64,000 nucleotides of DNA from positions 56,048,001-56,112,000 of the forward strand of contig NC_042999.1 of NCBI RefSeq assembly GCF_006345805.1. The letters are read 5' to 3'. The position numbers and the translations under genes were made by a program. Positions within the stretch are counted from its first letter, which is position 1. Each line of letters opens with the position of its first letter. This DNA is from Octopus sinensis (taxonomy: Eukaryota). The notes under the pieces were generated by a model. That model ran no database searches and was not told where the DNA came from. It was given only the letters and a program-made list of their open reading frames with translations. Positions 52,236 through 64,000 of this stretch are shown one piece after another.

Positions 52236-53345
52236 TAATAATAATAATAATAATAATTGTGTACAGTGCTCAGGTGCACTACAACTCATCTAAAGTGTAT
52301 ATATAATCAGGTGAAGTTTCGACGGATTTCGGAAAGCATGAGGGCCTTAAAAGATGCAGTGTCATGGCAGTCAACAACTGACGCAGGCAGTTTATTCCAT
52401 GCTTCAGCAACTCTGAGCGTGAAAAAATGTTTCCGAAAGTCATGGGAGCTGTATTGTTTTCTGACTTTGTAGGCATGTCCACGTGTGTTAGACACATGGA
52501 GATCAAAAAGGTGTTCAGTGTTGTTGTTGGTGAGGTGGTTGATAACTTTGTGGGTGTTTACCAAGTCCGTCGCCAAACGCCGGAGCTTCAGTGAATCCAT
52601 GCCCAGGGAAACAAGGCGCTCAGAATATGGTAGGTGTCTGATGGAGGGTATGCATTTGGTTGCACGTCTCTGGACAGATTCCAGGAAGTCAATGTTCTGT
52701 GCAAGATAGGGGTTCCAAACTGATGATGCGAATTCCAAGTGTGGTCGTACCATAGCTGTATACAGGTTTAAATAGATGGCTGGAGAGCGGCTAACAAAAG
52801 ACCTGCTGAGTGATGCCAAGACACCCTCGGCCTTCCTGACAATCTTAGAGATATGCTTTGACCAACGCAAATCACTGCTGACAGTGATGCCTAGGTCACG
52901 CTCGCAAGAGGATTTCTTGATATCAGTGTTGTGGAGGGAGTATGTGAACGCAGGGTTTTTTCTCCCAAAATGCATGGTGGTACACTTGTCCACAGCCAGT
53001 TTCAGTTGCCAGTCTGTGATCCATTGCTGCATTGTGTCTAGGTCTGATTGCAGGAAAGAGTTGTAGACATCAGGATCTGTCCTCTTGATTTCAAGGTACA
53101 GCTTGATGTCGTCTGCATATTTCAATACTGTGGCATTCTTTAAATTGGCATCTATGTCGTTAATGTATGCCACAAAGAGGGGGCCAAGGACAGATCCCTG
53201 TGGTACACCCGATGACATCTCATATGGTGTAGAGTGCTGTCCTAGAACTGTGACTACCTCCTTTCGGCTGAGGATGAAGGATTTCAACCAGTTAAAAAGG
53301 TCATCCCCCACACCCATTGCAGAGAGTTTCACCATAAGCCTTTTA
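52236..53345 (-). mobile_element. 5'-truncated CR1-clade LINE (RT C-terminal half, 3'-UTR, (ATT)n tail)
   Basis: Open 342-aa frame with GVPQGSVLGP, YADD, VRPHLEFASSVWNPY...LESVQRRATK and RGH..K...RKHFFTLRV..WNKLP; tail at 52236-52257. Confidence 0.93.
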
Positions 53346-54406
53346 GCTATATGTATTGAGATAATTTTATTTTAAGCTTTAGAATAATGTTTATGAACAT
53401 AATTAGAGAATATAAGAGCAATTGTTATTTTTTCTAAATTAAGCAATATACAGAATCAACAAAAGTAGAAACCAAAATGCAGATTAAAACTGAATTAGTT
53501 CAAAGAATAAATATTCTTATATGAAAGGAAGTGTTTTTTTAAATGTGCTGATGCCTAATGATTTTTAACTTTGATACAAGGCCACATTTTGAAGTGGGTT
53601 GATTTCATTGACCCCAGTACTCCACTGATGCTTATTCTAATTCACCTAGAAAAATGCAAGGCAAGAAATCAACCCTGACAAGATTTCAACATAAAGCAAC
53701 ATAACTAAATACCACAAAGCATATTGTCAAGCACTCTACCAATCTACCATCCTTACTATTATCTAATAATAGCATGTATATTGTTTTTTAAAAAAAAGTC
53801 AGCAATAAAAACAAATGAAATTTTTAATGTCTTAACAGAGTGTATGTGTGTGAGAGAGAGGGGGTGAGAGAGGGAGAGAGAGAGAAAGAGAGAACATGTA
53901 CACATACAGACGCACAAAATCTAACTTTGCCATGTTTAACCACTCTCATCATGTTTGCCAGGCATAAATTCTACATATTTTATACACAATGTTCAACAAA
54001 TTATCAAAAGCAATTTTAAAATAAAGACCCACACAAAACAATAATTTGTCTAATCTTTTGCCATAAAAATGGAGATAAAAAAATATAACATCTTTTAAGT
54101 AGTTAGGAACTATGTCTATTGATATGGTCTCAAGGCTCTTTTTAAAGATATAGCCTGAAATGAGATTATAATGAGCATCTAACAACACAACAGCTAAGGA
54201 AGAGACCAAACAATATTTTAAAACTGTTAGTAAATAAACAGCTACAAACATATTTTACTTGATTATGATCCCTTTATAACTTGAAAAATTATCAATTAAG
54301 CAATGTATAATATATATAATTCTATAATTAAAATTTCATAGCATAAGATTTACATGGAAAAGATTTCAAGATAAAGTTTCCCTATAATATTTTTTGTTTT
54401 TAATAT

Positions 54407-54716
54407 ATACTGTTTATATTAGTCAGATTGGTGTCCTCATCTTGATTGTTGATTTCACATTTCAGATATATGCTCCAGCCTTTTTCTGATGTCTTGTTTT
54501 GAACTTGGGTGTTATATCAGAATTTCAAACCCGACCCTTTATTTGATTCATGGGAGAACACTGTTCTCATTCCCATGGATCAAATAAAGGATTAGGTTCA
54601 AAATCTCAATATAACAACCAAGTTCAACACAAGATACCTGAAAAAGACTGGCGTGTACAACAGCCAAAACAGTGATATCAAGATGAGGACACCAGTCTGA
54701 CTAATATAAATAGTAT
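54407..54716. repeat. 310-bp imperfect palindrome (foldback), probably inverted Penelope-like termini
   Basis: Outer arms TTTATATTAGTCAGATTGGTGTCCTCATCTTGAT / ATCAAGATGAGGACACCAGTCTGACTAATATAAA; pairing continues inward to the centre GAGAACA-C-TGTTCTC at 54561. Confidence 0.85.
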
Positions 54717-55179
54717 GCATAATATAAATTCCTCATCTCACAAATATAGAATAGTAATTTGTTTTTTCCCCAATCAAATTGTAAAATATTATCAACCCTT
54801 TTGTAATTCAATGATAAATTAAAAAACTACAAAATACAGAATACAAATTCAAACACTGAATAATAAATACCATGATTTTATAATCTATATGACAGAACTA
54901 TTGTATTACAGTCTGAGGACAGATAATAAGTGCTGGTCCAATGTTGCAAGACAAGCAATCACAATAAAAATCTAAAAAGATTGCAATATCAGCAAATACA
55001 CCAATTCTGAAACAGTGAATCCTACATATACAGATATTAGCTACATATAGCTTTTGGACATGCACACTTTTTAACTATGGAATGAAATAAGAAACCACAT
55101 AAAGGATAACACATCAAGCAGCAACTTGTGCACAATATGTAAACAACAAAAACTGCAATATATATAGGACAAGATTAGC

Positions 55180-55400
55180 AAGGGGAGTGATTCTGTTGAG
55201 AAATAGGTTCTAATAGCGGCACAAGTGTTAACGGTCTAGAGAATAACACCATAGCGATGGATTGACAACCTGAAACGGTGGACAGGACTTGCTGAAGGAA
55301 TGCTGGCCCACCAAGCTCAGAACCAAACTTGGAGAAAACTTGCAGACCAGGCAGTTGTCTTCGACCCACTTCACGAAGTGGGTCACACATAATGAGGCAG
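55180..55400 (+). mobile_element. RTE-type LINE 3' fragment
   Basis: RWIDNLKRWTGLAEGMLAHQAQNQTWRKL resembles the RTE C-terminal W.D.I..WTG...A.DR..WR motif. Confidence 0.55.
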
Positions 55401-58400
55401 CCCACTGTTAAAATAATGATATACAAATGAGCAGCTGGGTGAAAACTGACTTTTATAGTCAACAAATTGCTTTCATTTAATCCAATAGCAAATATAGATG
55501 CTCAGGACACCGTAAAGTATGCAAAGATCCTTCATGAAACTTAGATTACCTAATTTTTAAAATTTGTTTAGCTTCAAATTTGTTAATGCTACATTGAAAT
55601 ACAGGTTGATTTAAAATATCTAACTTTTGGTTAATTACTTCCTTTTTCTTACCCTCAGCCATCTTTAACCAATGGAAATATTTGGACATGCAAATAAATC
55701 ATTGATAAACTGTAATTAAAACACCTAATATAGCACTACAAATATGAGTTATTAAGAAAGGAAAAAAACTGAAAGATTTTTCAGTTTTATATGGAATTTT
55801 CATTTAAATATTAAAAATTGTACAAATAGTACGAAATAAAGATCTATTTTTCTTTTCTTGATTTTATAAGATATTAAAAAAGTTTACAGCTATTTAAGTT
55901 TAAAATTTTATTATTTAACATTAGAAACTGTAAAAATCTGTTAATATTGTACATATGAATATAGTACCTTATTATACATGAGAAATAATAAAATGTATGT
56001 ACTAACTATATAGCTTCTTATAAAAGGATTAGCCTGGGAAACCCTCCCCACTTACTTTCACCAAATGCATTTTAATATCAATATAATACACATCTCTACT
56101 AAAAAGATGTCTCAATTATATACATTTCAAAATATTTATACAAATTACTTCTAAAACAAAGTCAGTCATACTATCTCTCATATATAGTTAAGTTTATAAA
56201 ATTACTAAAATACAACATATTTAAATTTCAAACTGAAATTTCCTTAAAAAAACAAAATCTATGATATTTAATAAGAAATATTAATTAACAAATATCTTAT
56301 TAACTAAAACAATTATAGCATCTAAATTAGTTTCGACATGAGCAGTTGCACCTAATAATGACAGCTGATATTAATTGCATACCATCACATTAGAAAACAA
56401 ATTAAAATCCAAGCATGCATTAAAATCTAAATATTTAACAAGAAATATACTATTTAATAATTATTTTGCATGATAATTTTTTGGTAAGTAATTCAAAGAT
56501 AGGAATGATGCTTGATTTATCAGAAATGCTCCATAAAATGTGTTTATTAGAATTTGTTTCCAAGTTGTATTTTTTCCCAATGGTTATTATTCAACAAATT
56601 CATTAACAATTCATCCAAATTTATTTACAAATTATAAATAAAATTTCAATCTATAGCAAAAAACATTAAATATTTAAGCAAAAGGGAGATAGTAATATCA
56701 GCTTCAACTCTAGTCTATAACTGCAGTTATTTTATCAACCCCAGAGAAAAGAAAGGAAAAGCTGACTTCAGACAAAAAGAGATGACTGTGTACTCAACTG
56801 CAATATAATCTATTTCAGCAAGCTAAAATTATCTGAAAGTGCTAACATATAGTAAAAACCATTGTTAAAGAATCAATATAAAAACAAAAAGTTGAAAAGT
56901 TTTGGGTCAAAATATTTGAAAATATTTTGAGCAAAATGGATGCTGTCACAAATAATTTTAACATTTTAAAGCTGTTTTTCAAGGTGGAATAAATTCTCTT
57001 CCTGACACCCTTCTAATATTTTTCTGCTCTCTACCAAAATGATTATTACCAATTCAAATCACAACTACTCTCTTCAAATTCTTGCATTCTTCAAGAAACA
57101 AAACTACAAAATTGTTAAATATTTTAGTAGAAATTTGAATATCAAGCAAAACCTACTGTGTTAGGTTTCAAATATCTATAGGTTATTAAAAGTATATGTA
57201 TATTAAATGATACATGTATAAAAAATTCAGACTAGTATATTTTAAGTCAATTAATCTTAGAAAAATAGCAAAAGATAAATTACTTCCTTAACTATTTGAA
57301 GAAGCTTTATTAAAGTGTTCAAAATTGATGATGTGCTAAAATATGCGATGTTAGTTCCCATTAATTCACACTATAAATACTGATCCATTGCAAAATCATA
57401 GACCAACAAAATATTCTTATAAAACAAATTGTTTGTATGTCAGATGTTCATGATTCACAAGGAACTTTGATTCCAACAGTAACAAGAAATGAGGGAAATT
57501 ACAATTCAGTACTGTAACTCAACAACTGTAATAGTCACCAAGATACCTTTGAAATATATATTATTATTTAGAAAGTCTTTATTACAAAGAATGACTATGA
57601 TGAAATTTTCAGTTATCTCAATTGAATATACTATTATTATGTGTTAATTTAAGATGCAGCTTAAAAATTCACCAAATTCCATTAGAGCTTTCGTTTCCAC
57701 TCAAAAACCTGCAGTTTTCTATCAGGTTATTAGTCATTTAAATTAACAAAGTTTAAGAAAAGCCTTTTAAAAAGAAAGATTTTAAATTTAAGACATCCTA
57801 CTTTTTTCATAGTAAACTTTAAACTAAAACGTTAAAGAGAAAAAAATTGAAAATAAACTGTACAACATCACCTTTAAAACAAGATAAACTGGTCACAATC
57901 TTTACAAAGCATTAAACAAAAATTCCTAAATGAGTGCCTTGTTTTATTTAAAATATAGCCCAAGAATATTAATTAATATTGAAGTGTGTCATATCTTGTC
58001 ATATCAAGGTGAGTTGTGTTGCACTAGGCATCTTGACATCTGAGTGTTACAACGTTTGCTTATTTCAGGAGCCCTATGCAATAGATTAGGCCAAACTTGT
58101 TTGAGATCTTTATCATTAACTCAGAGGCCAAGCTAATGGGCACACTGTATGCTATAAAAGTTTAAATTGTCATTCTAAGATGCCTTCTGAATGTCTATAT
58201 TAAACTAGGGAAAGTGCTAAATATATATTCAAATTACATATTTAGCTTCCCTCGAAAGATGAAATACTGCAAGCAAGCTCTTTCTGTGAAAGTTCAACTA
58301 GAAAGAGTGAAAATATTCCCTTTTACTATAGAACACCAGAAAGGAAAGAAGCCCATAGTTCTGAGGCTCCAAGAAAGCTTACGTAACCATTGCTGTTAAA

Positions 58401-58419
58401 AATTAAACAAAACTAATAC

Positions 58420-58521
58420 CTGAAGAAGTTCCTAAATCATCACCAATAATTTTGAGGAAGTCATTCTGAAGTTCACTGGATAGTAAATCAGCAGGTAAAA
58501 GTTCTTTTAAATCACTCTCAT
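58420..58521 (-). CDS. KMT2C: KMT2C/D exon (102 nt, or 126 nt from the 58545 acceptor; phase 1-1): (D)ESDLKELLPADLLSSELQNDFLKIIGDDLGTSS
   Basis: Acceptor ttcttcacag| and donor G|gtatta; FLKIIGDDLGTSS|DIP parallels recalled human ILGIISDDLAKS...DIGP across the same junction. Confidence 0.8.
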
Positions 58522-61324
58522 CTGTGAAGAATAAATTATTAATTTCTAAGAAAGATATATATAAAGTTTCATCTTTTAAACTGTTTTCCTGTAAGAGTTG
58601 TATTTATCGCTGGTCATTCGAATATATTAAATGAGTCTGAAAATCTTAATAATAAAATTTAGTTTTTATTTATTAGATACAATCATCATGTGTTTGTTCA
58701 GTCAGTTCCCAAATTTTATGTATATAATTGTTTGTTCTTTTAACAACTTAGGAATAAAAACCTGTTTGACAAAGTTAGTTTCAAATAAATACTGTAGCAA
58801 ATCTAAACTGGAAAATAAACAAGATTCTAGGATTCCTAAGCTAAAAGAAGCAAACAAGTGATCTGAAAAAAAGTGCAACATATAAGCCCGAATATACAAA
58901 AAGGTTATATCTTTTTTGATGAAACAAATGGCCTACATACATATACACATATATTTTCCCCTAAGCATAAAAATTAAATTTTCTGTGGAATTAATAATTT
59001 CTTGATATTATTTTTGTCTTTTCTTTGAAATTTCCCAAAACTTGCAACCATGTTTTAGTTTTCTGTCTCAAGTTTTAAGGCAGTTTTCATTCCATTCAAA
59101 TTATTTTACATTAATCATTTAAAACATCAACACATGAGAGCACGTCATTACTGTTGCATAGGCAAGAACAATCGCAATTCTCCAGTTACCCACAAGGCTG
59201 CATCATCCACTGTTGATACTCTTAAGAACTGCTGTCAATGCTAAGAGGTTGAGCCATAAACATCTTGGAAAATAAAGGAAAAATAATAATCTATTGAAAT
59301 AATACATGGCCTACAAATTATCATCTGTTAATGCAAAGGACATGTTCTAACTATAAATCAGTGTCCCACAATATAAAAAAAAAAAAAAAAACAGATTATT
59401 TTGACCAAAACAGGAGCTAATTATATTGGACCTTGACACATCAATTATATTCCTGTTCAATGATAACACAAAGTCTTTTTTATATTTCACTCCAATAATG
59501 ATTTTACTGAAAATGTGTCTCAAATTGCACCAGGTTTAAACATTTTATTTCTAAGAAAAATCGCAACCCCTCTAAACATTAAGTGCTTCTATACTACCTT
59601 CTAGACAATTGTGACCAAACTGTGAGCTCACAACCCCACTCCCCTCTAAGTTGATAACTGCTATTATAAATAAATTTCAAGACTTCAATTCTGGTATTGT
59701 TAGATTCTCAATTAATAATCAGAACAATTTCCTTGATAAATAAATAGTAAAGAGTGTTTTTCAATGTGTCAAAGGTATATGCTCCCTCTCTAGATCAATT
59801 TATTCTATCTTTATTCACAACTGCTAGAATCCTCACAACAAGCTTTTTCCAAATGACAAGAATTGTAGAGCAAGTTAAATGCAGAAACCAACACTATGTG
59901 CATGCAGTCTGAATCTCGAACAATTAGGGTAACATCTAGCTCTGCAAAGAAAATAAACAATCTAGGGTTTAATATGGATTTTAAGATATATTTGGGCACT
60001 TCATTGTTAATATGCATGACAGAAATAGTAGACTACTCAATTAAATGCCCTTTACTTTCTGAATTAAAAACCTGCTGCTATTGACTTTAATTTCATCCTT
60101 CTGAAAGTCAATTTTGTGACAAAGTTGGAAATTTCTGTCAGACAAGTTAGTTAGGAAATAATAAAATTCTTTCACATTTCACTAAAATCAACTTTGCCTT
60201 TTATTCCAATGGGATCAATAAAATAAAATACCTGTCAAGTACATTAGACTTGACAAACCCCATCCCTTCCTTAAAACTGTTAGTTCTGTTCCTAAATTAG
60301 AAACCATTACTCATATTACTGATGGCTGTAGTTGTAATGTTTTCATACTGTATATAGTGAAGTATGAATTTAGAGGGTTTGTGAAAGTTGAAAAGAAATG
60401 AGGCATGCATGCTCTGTTGGGTGTGTAATGTGAGTATGCATGAACAATAGAACTCAAATAACTTAAGATAAAAACTGGCTATAAAAAACTCAGATGTAAT
60501 GTTCAAGAGTGAAGACATTGATATAGCCTGAAATGTTTATGAAGGAAGACAACTGTACAAAGAGGTTCTAAGTAGGTAGTGTTCAAAGTAGATAGAGTTT
60601 GTAATAGAGAGGCTACGGAAAACATGGAAAAGAGTAGTGAAGACTGCTCTCAAGTGGTTGAACATCATGAAAGAAATGACAATTTACAATGAAGTACTCT
60701 ACAAAAGACAGCCTCCCAAAGCCATGCAAACATTAAAAACATTTATAGAAGCAATGACGCGATGAAGACTGGAATGTGTAACAGCTACATTTGGATATCT
60801 CCAACTCCCATAAACTGCCTCCACCTCTTTGTTACTATCTTATCACTCACTCCACCTCTCCAGTCATTGCATTTCACTAATATCATTGTACCTCTCTCCC
60901 ATCATGGCATATACATTATGAGGAACATTATCTTGAATTTGTCTCTATTCCATCATTCACCAACAAAATCTACTGAGTGCACTTCATGCATTTTATTATG
61001 GAACTGACACAAACTTGTAGACTTGTACAAAGAGGGGTTGGTAGAGTGTATCAGGTAGACAAATCTGATGCAAACCAGTACAAATAATGACCAAGAAAAA
61101 GAAAGTAAGGACTGAATATAGATATCGTTTGTTGGAGGGGCCTAAGTAGAATAATAGAAAGGAGACATGAAAGAGTTAGACAAGTCCAACATCATCCCTA
61201 ATTATAAAAAAAAAAATAGTAGAGTGAACAGAAGAGAAGGTGAGTGATAGGTAGATGAATAGTAAAGAAATGACAGGCTATCACACAGGCAGCGGAGGCA
61301 GCACACACACACGCATTATATGTG

Positions 61325-61580
61325 TATATGTTGTGTCCTTGAGCAAGTCACTTTATTTCACATTCCTGCAGTCAACTTATCTGGCAAAAACGAGGGGTAT
61401 ATGTATTTCAAACAGCGAACCTTAACAAATTCTGCGTGAAACTGAATTTCCCTGAGAAATACATTAATGGTATCTATGTCTGTGGAGTGGCCGGGCACAT
61501 GCACATTAATTTCACCGCCAAGCAGCTCTATTGATCAGATCAAATGGAACACACGTCATTGTAATCAATGGTGCCAGTTA
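61325..61580 (+). mobile_element. Diverged copy of the 30131-30515 tRNA-SINE family
   Basis: TGTATTTCAAA...CTGAATTTCCCTGAGAA...GTCTGTGGAGTG...TTAATTTCAC...TTGATCAGATCAA...GGAAC aligns with the reverse complement of 30131-30330. Confidence 0.7.
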
Positions 61581-62429
<849 letters not shown>

Positions 62430-62458
<29 letters not shown>

Positions 62459-64000
62459 CTAGTTTCAGCTTATGAGCTGTGGCCATGCTGGGGCACCGCC
62501 ATTTGGTGTTGCTACTTGGTTTCACTTCATGGAGGCTTTTTAGCAACTGCTATTTGGTGCATGAGAGAGTTCGATGCAGCTGCCCTCATCTGCCCCTCCT
62601 GCCGTGAAGTTGGTTCATCTGGGACACCTGACAGGAAGAGATCCAGCTTCATTTTAAAGACATCCTTATCCACCCCATGCAGGTCTCTCAGGTTCTTCGG
62701 GAGGATATTGAAGAGCTGTGGGCCTCGGAAGCCCAGGCTATCACAGTATCTTGTCCTACATCTTGATGGCAGGTTTGGAGTCCTAGGCACCACGCAGTGG
62801 CGCCCAGTTCTGGCATTTGCGTAACTCTCGATGCCAAAGTTCAGGACACTTCCCTCCAGGATCTTCCAGATGTATATTATGGCATATCTTTCCCGCCTAC
62901 GCTCCAGGGAATATAATTTTAATCTCTTGAGTCTTTCCCAGTAGCTTACATTCTGCATAGAGGCTATCTTCTTTGTGTAGCTTCGTTGGATCGCCTCAAG
63001 TTCTGTGATCAACTTGACACTGGATGGTGACCATAGCTGAGAGCAATAGTCAAAGTGGCTTAGGACAAGTGTCTTCCAGAGGACCATCATGGTTTCTTGT
63101 TCTCTTGTTCTAAAGGTTCTAAGAATCCATCCAGCCAGCCGTCTACATTTCATTGTCAGTTTAGCAACATGTACATGAAAGGTCGCGTCATCACTCATGT
63201 GAATACCCAGGTCACGCACTGATTGTGCCTCTGGGATTGCAATCCCTCCGGGTCCAGTGTATTCATTGGGTATTGCATTCAGTTTTGCATGCTGATAGTA
63301 TAAAGCTTGAAACTTTCCAGCATTGAACTGCATGCTATTCTTTTCAGCCCACTTGTATATTTCGTCCAGCTCACATTGCAGGTGTTTAGTGTCCTCAGGG
63401 TTCTGTATTGCCTGTGAAACTTTTGTATCATCTGCATAACTTGTGATCGTGGCTCTCTGCGTGGCTGAGGGCATGTCTGAGAGGGCCATTATGAACAGTA
63501 GTGGTCCCAGAACAGTGCCCTGCGGAACACCGCTCACTATTTGTGTGTTAATGGAGGTGGCCCATTGGCTACTACCACCTGACTTCTATCCTTCAGAAAG
63601 TCATGAAGCCATTCTCCCAGTTTTCCAACTATGTTGAGATCACGCAGTTTGTGACATATCATTCCATGATCGACTTTATCAAAGGCCTTTGCAAAGTCGA
63701 GATATATCACTTCCACATTTGAGTGGTTGAGCAGCCGTTTCAGCACCCAGTCATAGTGTTGTAGGAGCTGAGTTAAACAGCTTCTCTTGGTCGGAAACCA
63801 TGTTGGGTGTGGGGCAGCAAGTCATTCTCTTCAAGGAAGGTGATCAGCTTCCTTCTGACTATTCGTTCCATGACCTTGCTGATGTGTGAGGTCAGAGAGA
63901 TAGGACTATAGTTCTTGGCTTCCGCTCTGCTACCTCCTTTATGAATGGGGCATATTTTCCCTTCCTTCAGTTTTCCTGGAAGTTTGCCAGCTGCAAGGAA
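62430..64000 (-). mobile_element. CR1/L2-type LINE RT, frameshifted, running off the window end
   Basis: KNYSPISLTSHISKVMERI, QHGFRP, YLDFAKAFDKVDH, SGVPQGTVLGPLLF, YADD and LYSLERRRER; 1-nt frameshifts near 63785 and 63560; 3' tail (AATC)n. Confidence 0.93.

Noticed and set aside
59811-60017. ORF following a strong acceptor (tttattttctttgcag at about 59942)
   Set aside because: No convincing donor before the stop and no recognisable KMT2 similarity.

Overview
Eukaryotic, very AT-rich, microsatellite-rich genomic DNA. The SINE/RTE repertoire points to a coleoid cephalopod, probably Octopus (inference). The whole window appears to be the middle of one large minus-strand gene, the KMT2C/KMT2D (MLL3/4, trr/Lpt-like) H3K4 methyltransferase orthologue. 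I identified it by splicing three exons into the HMG-box-like motif NILKWETDEALGQNATISPVLYANVNYPELKSQIPEWTERVKQINKIWKKLTPIEKSPYLLRARKNR. Eight consecutive phase-compatible exons were reconstructed (58420-58521 to 27248-29936), plus two probable small downstream exons. The N-terminal PHD fingers and C-terminal FYR/SET domains are not in the window. The 2.7 kb glutamine-rich exon has an apparent 1-bp frameshift in a CAA tract. Introns contain CR1-type and RTE LINE fragments, several SINE families, piggyBac and mariner derivatives, a Helentron-like element and microsatellites. The most notable unexplained structures are a near-complete type I hammerhead ribozyme fold on the gene's sense strand inside an HMG-box intron (33603-33661) and a 310-bp palindrome carrying decayed hammerhead-like cores (54407-54716). 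All coordinates were counted by hand and no database searches were run.
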